This document shows, in pieces, positions 12,108 through 24,368 of a stretch of DNA of 64,000 bases. A program made the position numbers and the translations under genes. The stretch comes from Octopus sinensis (Eukaryota): NCBI RefSeq assembly GCF_006345805.1, contig NC_043010.1:14508001-14572000 (forward strand), written 5' to 3'. A model generated the notes under the pieces. That model saw only the letters and a list, made by a program, of their open reading frames with translations. It did no database searches and was not told the origin of the DNA. Each line of letters opens with the position of its first letter. Position 1 is the stretch's first letter.

Positions 12108-14124
12108 TAAAGGGTAAAATTAATTAATCAATCAATAATTAATAACTTTACCAAGAAGTTCGCTATGTCAAAAGAACCATTATCGGTAAACTTATACAAA
12201 AATTCTATAATTATGAGCATAATTATAATTTTTCCGAACCCTAATTATAATTAAGGTTCAGAAAAATTTTGCTCATAATTTTAGAATTTTTGTATATATA
12301 TATATATATAACGATCTATCATTTACAGTGTGTACAGGAATGTACAAATGTAGATGATGTCAGGGAGTTTGTGTGTTGAAAACACAATTCCCGAACGACG
12401 TAAGGACCATCAGACACCGGAGTTTCGGTTTAATTTCATCTCCTTAAGAACTGATCAGTTTGTACTGAATTTCTGCTCCAGTGTACAAATCAGAGGATTG
12501 TCCTGATGTCATTCGAAGCTTGTGTTTTTAACACACAGAGTCTGTAAAGAGTGGATTCTTGGAGACAAAACCCAGCTGTTAGAACCGACAAATTCAATCT
12601 CGCTACCTGTATATGGGGACATACGGAGTGAAATACTCCATTTGTTAATTGAAGGGTGATAACTTTGTTAAACAGATGTTTAGGTTGGTCGTTGACGAAG
12701 ATGAGAGGACGCCATTTATGTTGGTTTAGTACTTATGGCTTAAGAGTTTACAAGTACACCTCACATAACCGATTTCTTAAATTAACGAAATAAATTAGCG
12801 TCTCCTTCTCGATACAACGTTCTTCACTATACGCCACCACCACCACCACCACCACCACCACACTCCCTCCACCCCCACTACTTTTCTGCTGTTATTTTTG
12901 GCATCAGACCTGCCTCCTCCTCCTTCTCCTCATCACCATAATCATCATCATCACATCATCACACGTCCTTCGTAATTGTTAACCATAACGCAATCCCCGT
13001 CACTATTACCCTCCTCCCTCCCCTCTCCCAACATCAACATTATCAGCATTATCGATATATTGTATTGAGCTTTTCTACTTCCGGTTCGATCGTTTGCTCT
13101 TTGAACACTCCATATTTGCTGACTCTGTCTCTTTTGTAGTTTCCGAGACAGAACAAGCAAGGTTGAGAGAGAAAGTGTGTGTGTGTGAGAGAGAGAGAGT
13201 GTGTGTGTATGTTAGAGAGAGAGAGAAAGAGTGTGTGTATGTTAGAGAGAGAGAAAGAGTGTATGTATGTTAGAGAAAGAGAAAGGGAGAGAGAGAGAGA
13301 TGTTTAGTGATGAAAAAGGTTGAAAGTTGGCAGAGAAAGAGGAGAGGAAAAATAAAAATAAAGGAGAAAATGTGAAAGAAAGAGAGAAAGAAAGAATGAG
13401 AGAGGGAGAAGGGGAGGAAGCGGCGGGGGGGGGGCAAGAGGAATTTGTCTCTTCTCAATCCCCAATGAAAATGGTGGAAAAATCAAGCGAAGGAAGATGA
13501 GTGTGAGAATGAGTGAGAGTGAGAGAGAGAAGAGAGGCAGAGAGAAAAAAAGAGAAACCACGTGACTTGAGTTTTTAAATTCTCCATTTCCAGTTTCAAA
13601 AGTTAACAATCCCAACCGCACCACCGCCACCACCGCCATCCCATGCCCAAGCTACTGTCTTCCCTCCTCCTCCTCTTCTTCCTCTTCCTCCTCATCCTCC
13701 TCCTCTTCCTCCTCACCATTCCAGTTTATTGATAATTTCGGTTTCCCAACTAAAATTAGACATCAAACATGTCTCCGATGACAGAAATAATTGATTCCAC
13801 ATCCGGTTCACCACCTCTCCCTCCTCTAGCATCACCAGGCGCACACGCGCACACAACATTTGATGTTGAGGGCAGCTTAGTGGATGGGAGTCAGATCGCC
13901 AAAGAGGCTGAGCAATCCTTTATCCCTCTTTATATGTGAGTATTTATATATGTGTGTGAGTATATCTATACGTACGTATATATCTATGTATGTATGTATG
14001 TATGTATCTATCTCTCTCTTTATATATATATATATATGTGTGTGTGTATCTATATACTTGTGTCTGTCTAGCGCAATACACACACACACACACATGTATT
14101 TACTTGTACGTACACAAGTATGTA

Positions 14125-14168
<44 letters not shown>

Positions 14169-14473
14169 AAAAGGGAGAGAAAACGAAAATGGTATTGTTA
14201 GAGAGAGAGAGCGAGAGAGAGAGAGAGAGTGAGTGAAAGAGAGAGAGGGAGAGAGAGAGAGAGAGAAAGTGACGGGAGAGCGAGAGTAAGAAATACTAGA
14301 AAGTCGGTAGAGAGGATCCGATATTTAAATTGATGGAGCGATCGATAGATAGATAGGATTTACTGAGATAGGGTAGCTGGAAAGGTACACAGTCATTTTA
14401 GATAGTTATAAAAGCACATACACACTCACAGATTGAAAGATAGAGATTAGAGACTTATATAATTTGAGAGACA

Positions 14474-14529
<56 letters not shown>

Positions 14530-14929
14530 CATGGCGTGGGCGAGGGTGTTGAAAGATAGAGAGATAAATAGGCAGATAGTATTGAATTCAGATGTAGAAG
14601 GGAGAGAAAAAATAGAAAGAAATGAGTGCGTGTGTGTAAGAAGAGATCGATGCGATAGGTGAGATCAGATATATAACTGGTGAATGTATGGGGAGGGAGT
14701 GGGGTGGTGGTGGGATGGAAAGATTGATCAGGGAGATCAGGTATTATAAGAAATGTGTGTGTGTGTAGAGGTAAGAGTGGGCGGTGACAGGCGCGCGCGT
14801 GCGTATATGCGTGTGTGTTTGTGTGTGTGTGTATGTCTTTGCTTGTATGTGTGTGTGTGTATGTGTATGTGTGTATAGCCATCGATCTTTCCACACAAGT
14901 GGAGTGCAGAGTGATTGTATTAATGATCC

Positions 14930-15229
14930 AGTTTGATTCTCAGTTGACACCTGAAGAAAATGAACCAAAGTAGATATGTTCCAGTTATCCGATTTCCTCC
15001 CGGTTCTAGACATCTGGCGGCACAGTGGTGACATCGTGCCGCCGTAACATTGTTAATTTTTATGTTCGATTATCATCTCAACCCAAAGGTCATCGATACA
15101 GTACTGCCGATCCCTTAAATCGTTGGTTTCTGCCTCTCTCAAGTCATTGGTGCTTTTCTCTTTCAGTTCTTTGCGATATAAGAGAACCAGTCTTGGACAT
15201 CCGCCATAATCCCGTACAATATATACTGA

Positions 15230-15230
<1 letters not shown>
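14930..15230 (-). pseudogene. Possible highly degraded RTE-type reverse transcriptase fragment
   Basis: Weak motifs LVLL...LWVEMIIEHK and EEIG*LEHIYFGS resembling xADD-LVL / GMEINxxKTK / EIExVxxFxYLGS. Confidence 0.3.
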
Positions 15231-15272
<42 letters not shown>

Positions 15273-15518
15273 GTTACATAAAACACATTCATATCTCTGT
15301 CTATTGTTGAGAGAAGTCGGGTGCAGAAGAAATAAATGTTATTCTCTGATCGTTTATCAACGAAGCGGTTGCCATTGCAACAGGTCATATCTAGGAAAGA
15401 CGTGCAAAGAGAAAGTCACTTCTATGCAACGAGTGGAAGGGGATGAAAGACTCCATTTCAATACTTAATTACATAAAAGGGTTAATTTTAAGAACAATTG
15501 AATAATTAGAAGAATTGT

Positions 15519-15900
15519 GGAAGCACTCCGTCGGTTACGACGATGAGGGTTCCGGTTGATCCGAATCAACGGAACAGCCTGCTCATGAAATTAACGTGTA
15601 AGTGGCTGAGCACTCCACAGACACGTGTACCCTTAACGTAGTTCTCGGGGATATTCAGCGTGACACAGAGAGTGACAAGGCCGGCCCTTGAAATACAGAT
15701 ACAACAGAAACAGGAAGTTAGAGTGAGAAAAAGCTGTGGTGAAAGAGTACAGCACGGATCACCACGATCCCTGCCGGAGCTTCGTGGAGCTTTAGGTGTT
15801 TTCGCTCAATAAACACTCACAACGCCCGATCTGGGAATCGAAACCGCGATCCTATGACCGCGAGTCCGCTGCCCTAACCACTGGGCTATTGCGCCTCCAC
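15519..15900 (-). mobile_element. tRNA-derived SINE family C, tail 2
   Basis: Head GTGGAGGCGCAATAGCCCAGTGGTTAGGGCAGCGGACTCGCGGTC; different 3' tail. Confidence 0.85.
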
Positions 15901-15952
15901 GTATTAGAACAATTACAACAGCAGCAGCAGCAACAACAACAATCTAGACATG

Positions 15953-16115
15953 TCGGAGAGCTTGTGGAATCGTGGGAGCGTCGGGCAAAATGTGTTGTGG
16001 TATTTTTCGGGCTCTTCACGTTCCGCCTTTCAAATGCCATCCAGATCAACTTTAATCCTTCAACACTCTATAAAATAAAGTACCAGTCACATACTGAGGT
16101 CGGCACAATAGACTT
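15953..16115 (+). mobile_element. SINE family A, diverged
   Basis: Homology to family A head and core. Confidence 0.7.
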
Positions 16116-16397
16116 TTCTTTTTGCTAATATGCGACGTCTTGTCAGAAATCGTTGTTGTTGTTGTTGTTGTTGCTGTTGTTGTTGTAACATAACATGGTT
16201 GAACTTTTACATTTTCACGCATTTTTTTTTTCGGAATTGTCCAGTGAAATAAATTAAAACATCTGAACGATTTTCAAAGATCATTGGAAGATAATTATGG
16301 TGTTGAAAACATATTCCTTTGTGTAAGTGTGTGTGTGTGTATGTGTGTGTGCGTTTGTGCGTGTGTGTGCGTGCGGGTTTATGTGTGTGTGTGTTAC

Positions 16398-16428
<31 letters not shown>

Positions 16429-16477
16429 CATATACATATATATGCATATATATATACATACATATATACATACATAC

Positions 16478-16508
<31 letters not shown>

Positions 16509-16640
16509 CATATATATACATATATATATATACACATATATATATATATATATACATATATATACACATACACATATATATACATACATATATATACACA
16601 TATATACACATATATATACATACATATACACATATATATA

Positions 16641-16706
<66 letters not shown>

Positions 16707-16757
16707 AAAAGGGCTTAGTGAAATTGATTAATTAATTAATTTTACCCTCAATTGTTG

Positions 16758-16792
<35 letters not shown>

Positions 16793-16951
16793 AAAGAGAA
16801 AAACCGCAGCCTTTTATGTAGACTGATTGAATATGTAAATCTGTAATTTTCTTTTCCTTGACACATTCTTTCACATCTCTGTAAAGGTACACACACACAC
16901 ACAATTCGAGATATTAAAGTTCTTGAATGACAAACTACTTCCTTACACACA

Positions 16952-17010
<59 letters not shown>

Positions 17011-18479
17011 CAGAATAATGCAACTCTTTCATACGTGAATGTTCTGGAGGCGAAGTGAGCCGTGATCCGCCATGACAGCTCAGTTTTGAGAACACGTGAC
17101 AGTGACACCTATCGGAAATACACAACATGATAATGTTCTCGAGTTGCGCATTACCTAAAACACGTCAGATGTTATTGATTGCAAATTTTAAAAAGTTTAC
17201 TCTATTTTTTTCTGTCTGTTTTTTTTTTTTTTAAATATATCTTTTTCTTTATTCGCTTTATAGGCAATCGTCAACTGTGATTCGTTTTTGGTAAAGATAG
17301 AAGAAACAAGGAGAGCAGCGACGATGACAACGATGAATTTAACGATAACGACAATATCAACGATGACAACAACAACAACAACAACAGCAGCAGCAACGAT
17401 GACAATTATAAGAGTAAAGAAATAAAAATAAAAAAAATATAATAGATGAATATTTCGAATCATGATAAGTCAGTTGACGGTCGAACGGTCCAGTGCATAT
17501 ATTTTCTGGCTCACTGATAAATAAAGTGCAATCAAATAGCCATTGTTGATAGACACACGGACAGACATCTACTTATACTAGATGTATATTCATGTAAATG
17601 GATTGTATGTGTGTATGTGGCAAAGGTTTATGATTGGGTGAGCTTAGTCTCTACTGATAAGGCGCAGGCGCAGATATTCGGACATCACGTGATAGCAGTG
17701 TGAAGGTAAGAGAGACAGAAATGTATTCGGAGATGGCAGAGAAAAAGGAGAATGGATTGTCAGAGGTCGGTCGTCATAGCAACGCCAAGGTGAACAGAAA
17801 ACGTCTCCGAAAAAAAGAAAAAAAAAGCAAACCATTGATATCGACCTTTGTAGATAAAGACAACGAGCATATATTTGGAAAGGATTCTTCACAGAAGTTT
17901 TGAAGTCTTGGAGCCAATCTGAAGAACAGAAATAAATGTAGCAATTCTCATCACTGGAAGAGGAGGAGGAGGGGAGGAGAAGGAAGAAGAAAAGAAGAAG
18001 GACGACGAGATCGATGATGCTTACGATGATAATAATTAATAATAATTATACTGGCGAACGTGGTTCTTTGTTTTCTGGTGTTGGAAACATTTTTCTTAGT
18101 AATTTTGGGCTGATTTCGAAAATAAAATCCATTTCATTCTACCATGTCAAGATTTTTTTCAAATGTTATTTTTGAAACTCAAATGTCCATTTTTCAATAT
18201 TTCCGGTAATGTCACCATTTCTGAGGATAGATTTGGTTTCATCAAATGCAGATCCATATATGGAACTTGACATAAATTTGAAAACAGTTTTTCCATTTAA
18301 AGTAAATACAACTCCAAAAGTGAAAGCAAAAATCATAAACTTAATATTCTTTTCTAGTCTAGGCACAAGATCCGAAACTTTTGGGGAGGGCGCCGATCGA
18401 TTGGATTGACCCCACTAATCAATTGGTACTTAATTAATCATAAACTTAATCACTAAAACAGTGGACCGTGTTCACCGAA

Positions 18480-19215
18480 GAGCTCACTTGTGCCTCATCC
18501 TTATAGCTTCAAATCATCCACGAAGAAGAGGTAGGGGATTCTTTGAGTTTTTCCCTTTAATATCCCAGGTTAATTTTCCACAGCACCAAGGTCAGAGGGA
18601 TCATACAAAGAACTAAAAGCTATGGATATAAGCTTTTTGGAAAATCCTTCACCTGATGCTCTGCATATCCAACCTTTGTCCGTAAGATGTCAACTCAGTT
18701 TTCCATCCCACCATACTTGACTTGACAGCATTCACCCGGGGTGGGTTGAGCTGGCTTCATTCATCCTCAATGCTGCATCTCTCACAAACGCCGACCAGCT
18801 AACGACCGCGTGATCTCCAACCACTCCTTATTACAGCGGCGAACGCCATAGATATGGGGGGGGGGGCTAGGTTGGGTTCCAGGTCAGCTTTGACTGTCAT
18901 CAGCCAGGTTTTTCGTTGTCCACCACATCGCTTTCGCCAACCCTGAAGGGGAGCTGGGGCAATTGCTTCGTAGATGAATTCTCCTGGTTGACGACAGAGG
19001 GCATGACCCAGCCAACGCAGACGTCTCGTTAGGATGACTTGTCGGAGGGAGGTGAGGTGAGGGGAAATAAAACCCCACCATACTTCTCTTCAGAAAACAC
19101 GTTACATCAATCGAAATTCCAAACAAATCTAAGGCCTCGAAGATCCACGAATGTGGGACCATATCGTAAGCTTTGTGGCAATCAATTCGAGTAAAGGCAT
19201 GGGATGACCGAATCC
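18480..19215 (-). pseudogene. R4/Dong-like RT remnant (19215-19065 and 18730-18480) interrupted by an RTE fragment
   Basis: IDCHKAYDMVPHSWIFEALDLFG and LKGKTQRIPYLFFVDDLKL. Confidence 0.7.
18740..19060 (-). mobile_element. RTE-clade LINE 3' fragment
   Basis: RRLRWLGHALCR...GWRKRCGGQRKTWLMTVKADLE...IYGVRR. Confidence 0.75.
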
Positions 19216-19739
19216 CAGAAGGATGAAAATAAAGGATGCAAATTCCTGTGAGATGAAATGATTTAGTGTGACTGTCAGATCAGACATCGCAGGCCTGACA
19301 TTGTGGTTGTGAACAAGAAAGAAAAAAAAACTTGCATGATAATCGACATAGCACATCGTGTGTCTCATAGGGAGAAGGGCGCTTGCTAAGGCCTACTGGG
19401 GTCCACAATGATTGAAGTGGTTGGATAAAATATCATATTTAGTAAAACTGATTTTAAATTTGTCCACAAAATGGCGAATAAAAAAAAAAAATGGATAGAA
19501 GCTGTTTTGAGTTTTAATGAAAAAAAGGGTGGGGGGGCGTCATTAATATTTTAGTGCGTTCTATGAGTTGACAATTTGAGAACCACTTCCGGACGACGAG
19601 TCACTTCCAAAAGATGACATTAAATGGTTAAAAGACAAAGATATTCAGATCTGGAAACACAGATAACCAAAATGTAAGGCTTAAAAACAAAAACAATACC
19701 CAAATAAAAAGGCCCATGAGAATGATTAAAAAAAAAAAA

Positions 19740-19779
<40 letters not shown>

Positions 19780-19849
19780 TAATAATAATAATAATCATAA
19801 TGCCTAGCAGGATATAGCATGCCCAGCTGACAACAAGGTATGCGATAAG

Positions 19850-20155
19850 GAAGAAAGAAAAATCGATAGATATGACAGGTTAGCTTGGGAGGTTAAGCAG
19901 TTGTGGTTGATGAAAAAGGTGGTAATAGTACCAATATTTGTCAGAGTTCTGGGAACAGTGAGTAAAAATCTTGAGAAGTACATGGAACAAATAGGGGCTG
20001 CAATAAAGGTGGAGCACTTGCAGAAAACAGCACTGCTCGGAACCGCTCGAATACTCCGGATAGAGTTCGAAAAACAAGGGGTGTTACCTTAGTTCACATG
20101 TAGTGAACAGCCGGCACCGTAGTACATCTCCAGCGCTAGAAGTTGTGCAAAGGGC

Positions 20156-20219
<64 letters not shown>

Positions 20220-20237
20220 GTAATAATAATAATAATA
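19850..20237 (+). mobile_element. R4/Dong-like 3' end with 3' UTR and (TAA)n tail
   Basis: VVIVPIFVRVLGTVSKNLEKYMEQIG...LQKTALLGTARILR. Confidence 0.8.
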
Positions 20238-20680
20238 CCCTGATGCAGTACTGGGCAGTGGCTCTCATGACTTGATCAGAACTGATTAGAAGTGTTATCA
20301 TGTGCATTATTTTGTCTTGGTATAAAAGATGGGCCACAGCAAATATTCTGCTCAATACCACAGAGTTGATTGTCAGTTGTTTGACCATAACTAGTTGAGC
20401 ATGCCTCTTGGTGGCTGACGATATGTGCATCTCTGATCACGAGCAGATATAATTGAGGAGCATCATAGCCATGTATTGAAAGGAATTCTTTGGGGTTTGA
20501 ATAATTCACCCCTGGAAACATGGGTGTTTTGTCCATCATCCTTAACCAACCCTTATTTAGGGATCTTTTGAGCAGAATAGGCTACTAAGCCTGAAGAAAC
20601 TTTTAACTGGGCCCAACCCAAAAGATCATGTACTGTTTATTTTGATATGAGATCACTATGTCGTGCACATATGGTTAAAA
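20238..20680 (-). repeat. Unclassified ~500-bp interspersed repeat (family F)
   Basis: Homologous to 21553-22065, 27293-27500, 32245-32298 and 49911-49971. Confidence 0.8.
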
Positions 20681-20774
20681 CAGTCACACGGTAGAATAAA
20701 TATATTTTTTCCTTTAGATTTTGCTTAGCCCATATATTTATGAATATACATGTGTATATATATAAGTATCTATA

Positions 20775-20940
20775 ACTTCACACGTGCCGTTATCGATTTC
20801 TTTTCCTTCTGAGTGGCCTTTTCCCTTTCTCCTTTCCGACGAAGAGCCACGCTCGAAACGTTAAACTCTCTCCTTTCACCGAGCGTTAAGCGAATACAAT
20901 TCTTGTGCACTTACTCATGTTGTCCGTTTTTATTCGTTTA
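20775..20940 (+). mobile_element. Penelope-like pseudo-LTR fragment with hammerhead-like motif
   Basis: CCGACGAAGAGCCACGCTCGAAACGTT has the PLE terminal-repeat signature. Confidence 0.6.
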
Positions 20941-21096
20941 TATGCATTGACTACACACACATACACACATAAACACCATATACATATATATGTATACAGA
21001 CATATGAACATATATATATGTGTGTGTGTATGTATGTATGTGTGTGTGTATATATATGCGTGTGTGTGTGTGTGTGTGTGTATGGAATTCAGGGTT

Positions 21097-21500
21097 AAAA
21101 TGTGTGGTATGCTTATCCTAAAAAAAGCAAAGTAATGTCATCTGATGGTGTAGAACTACCAAACGGTATCAAAGATGTTGAGATTGATGGATATAAATAT
21201 TTGGGTATTTGGGAGTACAACAAAATCGAGGAGAGTGACATGAAGGAAAGCTTGAGACAAGAATACCTCAGAAGAACCAAATTAATTATGAAAAGAAGAC
21301 TTAATGGGAAGAACAAGATCAGGGCAATGAATACCTGAGCTGTTTCCTTAATGTAATACAGTGCAGGTGTTGTTTGGTGGATAAAGAACAAGCTTGAGAA
21401 AATAGAAAAACAAGGAACGTGATGACGATGACCAAGGAACTGCACCCTAAAAGTGATATCGATAGACTATTTGTACATAGGAACAAAGTGAAAAAAGGCC
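21097..21500 (+). pseudogene. R4/Dong-like RT C-terminal remnant
   Basis: GMEF...CGMLILKK...GYKYLGI...EYLRRTKLIMK...LNGKNKIRAMNT...ELHPKSDIDRL. Confidence 0.8.
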
Positions 21501-21552
21501 TCATGGGATGCAAAACCTATGTTGTTGTTGTTGTTGGAAACAATAACAAATG

Positions 21553-22065
21553 CCCTGATGCAATACCAGACTGGTTGGTAGTGTTATCCTGTACACGATT
21601 TGTGATGGTGTAAAAGATGGGTTGCAGCAAATATTCTGCTCAATACCACAGATTTCCTTGTCAGTTGTTTGACCATAACCAGTTGAGCAGAGCCCAGAGT
21701 GCCTGACCATATGTGCATGTCTGACCACGAGCAAAAGTAGTGGGGGAGCATCATAGCCGTATGTTGAGAGGGATTTTGGAAGGGGAGTTGAATAATTCAC
21801 TCCTGGCTACATGGGTGCTTCGTTTATCATCCTTAAACAATCCTTATTCAGAGACCTTTCGAGTGGAGTGGGCTACTCGACCTGAAGAAAATTCTAACTG
21901 AGATCCACCTACAAGGTCATGCATTGTTTATCTTTGACATGAGATCACCATGTCACGCATATATGTTTATAGTGCATGCATCTGGTATAATCTTATCAGA
22001 CGGGTAGTCATCTTAGGTATATTGGGCTTCGTATATTTGTACACCAGCGTTACTTTGATGGCGTG
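21553..22065 (-). repeat. Family F repeat, near complete
   Basis: Homology to 20238-20680 and 27293-27500; abuts (TAA)n. Confidence 0.8.
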
Positions 22066-22109
22066 TACTGCTCTCTCACTCAATAATAATGATAATAACA
22101 ATAATAATA

Positions 22110-22140
<31 letters not shown>

Positions 22141-22149
22141 AATAATAAT

Positions 22150-22575
22150 AATAGCAAAGCAAAATGCGTTTGAACAATTGGCTGATAGGTGAAAACAAAA
22201 ACCTTTGCATGGCAAATATGTGCCCATAACAAACAAGCTGATATAGATCAGAAGCACACCCATCAGTGACTACAGAGCTCAGGGCTAAAGGCAGAGAGTG
22301 AAGGCTATGTCTTGGATGCCCAAAATCAGAGCTTATTGAACCGAAACTATCAAGCCAATGTGATGAAAAATGGTGTAGACCCAAAGTGCCGATACTACAA
22401 TGATGGGACAGAAACAGTGGACTATCTAATCTCTGGATCTAAGGTTTTAGTAGTTGTAGAGTACAAATCAAGACATGGCAGAGTTGGCCAATGTGTCGGA
22501 TAATGTGTCGGTATTATAAAATCAAAACTGCTGACAAAGCAAATAAAGCAGATATTGTTGTGAAAGACCAAAACA
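22150..22575 (+). pseudogene. R4/Dong-like zinc-knuckle region remnant
   Basis: GLKAESEGYVLDAQNQSLLNRNYQ...DPKCRYY...ETVDYLISG. Confidence 0.75.
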
Positions 22576-22607
22576 ATAGGCAAAGGTGTCAGTCAATACC
22601 ATCAAAC

Positions 22608-22857
22608 CCTGTACTCTTTTACTTGTTTCAGTCATTTGACTGTGGCCATGCTGGAGCACCGCCTTTAGTCGATCGAGCAAATCGACCCCAGGACTTAGTC
22701 TTTGTAAGCCCAGTACTTATTCTATCGGTCAATTTTGCCGAACCGCTAAGTTACGGTGACGTAAACACACCAGCATCGGTTGTCAAGCGATGCTGGAGGG
22801 ACAAACACAGACACACAAACATATGCACACACACACACACACATACACACAATCACA

Positions 22858-22903
<46 letters not shown>

Positions 22904-23092
22904 ATAATATATATATATATATATACATACAACGGGCTTCTTTCAGTTTCCGTCTACCAAATCCACTCACAAGGCTTTGGTCGGCCCGAGGCTATAGTAG
23001 AAGACACTTGCCCAAGGTGCCACGCAGAGGGACTGAACCCAGAACCATGTGGTTCGTAAGCAAGCTACTTACCACACAGCCACTCCTACGCC
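22608..23092 (-). mobile_element. SINE family B (CORE-like, internal (TA)n), about full length
   Basis: tRNA-like head, GGCACCTTGGGCAAGTGTCTTC core, tail GACTGAAACAAGTAAAAGAG. Confidence 0.9.
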
Positions 23093-23296
23093 TGTACTTG
23101 AATAATACATTGCATTATCGACTCGAAAGGGCCGGAACGTAATTGTCACCTGGACAAATACCGTAAAGTAGTTTTCGCTGACGCTCGAACCATTCTGCAG
23201 CTCGTCTTCATAACAATAAACATAACAGCAGCGCTTTCTTCTTTTATCAACAATGGGCGACAGATGAACAACCACTATAAAAATAAATGTACTCAC

Positions 23297-23389
23297 CTAA
23301 AACTCCCATAGCGAGGCCACCGAGAGCAATACCCATCGCTTTACCTCTCTCAGCATCGTTTGGATATCTATCTGCTAACATTCCCATAC
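23297..23389 (-). CDS. VMAT: VMAT coding exon, 93 nt; (G)[30 protein letters not shown]
   Basis: Acceptor TTTACAG|, donor G|GTGAGT, phase 1-1; [13 protein letters not shown] is VMAT-type (VAChT has LGIALAFISFG). Confidence 0.95.
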
Positions 23390-23522
23390 CTGTAAATTAT
23401 AAATCATTTATATGTTATATATGCGTGTGCGTGATTGTATAAGTGCGCACGCGCATGTTTAGATGTATGTATGTATGTATGTATGTATGTATATACATAT
23501 ATATATATGTGTGTGTGTGTGT

Positions 23523-23835
23523 GTGGAGGTGCAATGGACCAGTGGTTAGGGCAGCGGACTCGCGGTCGTAGGATCGCGGTTTCGATTTCCAGACCGGGCG
23601 TTGTGAGTGTTTATTGAGCGAAAACACCTAAAGTTCCACGAATCTCCGGCAGGGGTTGGTGGCGAACCCTGCTGTACTCTTTCACCGCAACTTTCTCTCA
23701 CTCTTTCTTCTGTTGGCCTGCTCGCTTAGCCAGCGGGGTGACGTCATTTGAAGGCTAAAACAATGCGAACGCATTGTGACCAGCGATGTGTAGCAACATC
23801 TGATAGCCTGGTCAGTCACGTGATCACGTCACGTG
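23523..23835 (+). mobile_element. tRNA-derived SINE family C, tail 3
   Basis: Shared head and body; third distinct tail ending CACGTGATATATA. Confidence 0.85.
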
Positions 23836-23883
23836 ATATATATATAGACATATATACGGGTGTGTGTAATTGTGTATAGAAGA

Positions 23884-24307
23884 ATATATTAATTAAAGGA
23901 ATTCCAACCTTGTCTGATTTTCACGTTTTATTTACAATCTCATCATGATATAATATAAGATAATATGATATAATAAAATAAAATAGAATGTTAAATGTTC
24001 ATTCTGATTGAACTAGTACTTTCATGCATTAAATTCTGTAATCTTCAGGTTCATGTAGTAGTGGTGACAGTCATGCTTCACAATTTTTGACAGTCAAAAA
24101 TTGTGAAGCATGACTGTCACCACTACTACATGAACCTGAAGATTGCAGAATTTAATGCATGAAAGTACTAGTTCAATCAGAATGAACATTTAACATTCTA
24201 TTATTTTATTAAATTTTATTATATTTTATTATCTTATATTATATCATTATAAGATTGTAAATAAAACGTGAAAATCAGACAAGGCTGGAATTCCTTTTAT
24301 TAATATA
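23884..24307. repeat. About 420-bp near-perfect palindrome centred at 24092
   Basis: ...CACAATTTTTGAC-A-GTCAAAAATTGTG...; arms about 210 bp. Confidence 0.95.
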
Positions 24308-24311
24308 TATA

Positions 24312-24368
<57 letters not shown>

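Noticed and set aside
13060-13090. ETS-like ACTTCCGG motifs (also ~19587, ~49563 and ~56376)
   Set aside because: Isolated short motifs without supporting context
23523-23600. tRNA gene-like sequence (also 3110-3184, 15830-15900, 37550-37617 and the SINE-B heads)
   Set aside because: SINE heads continuing into SINE bodies; no complete cloverleaf
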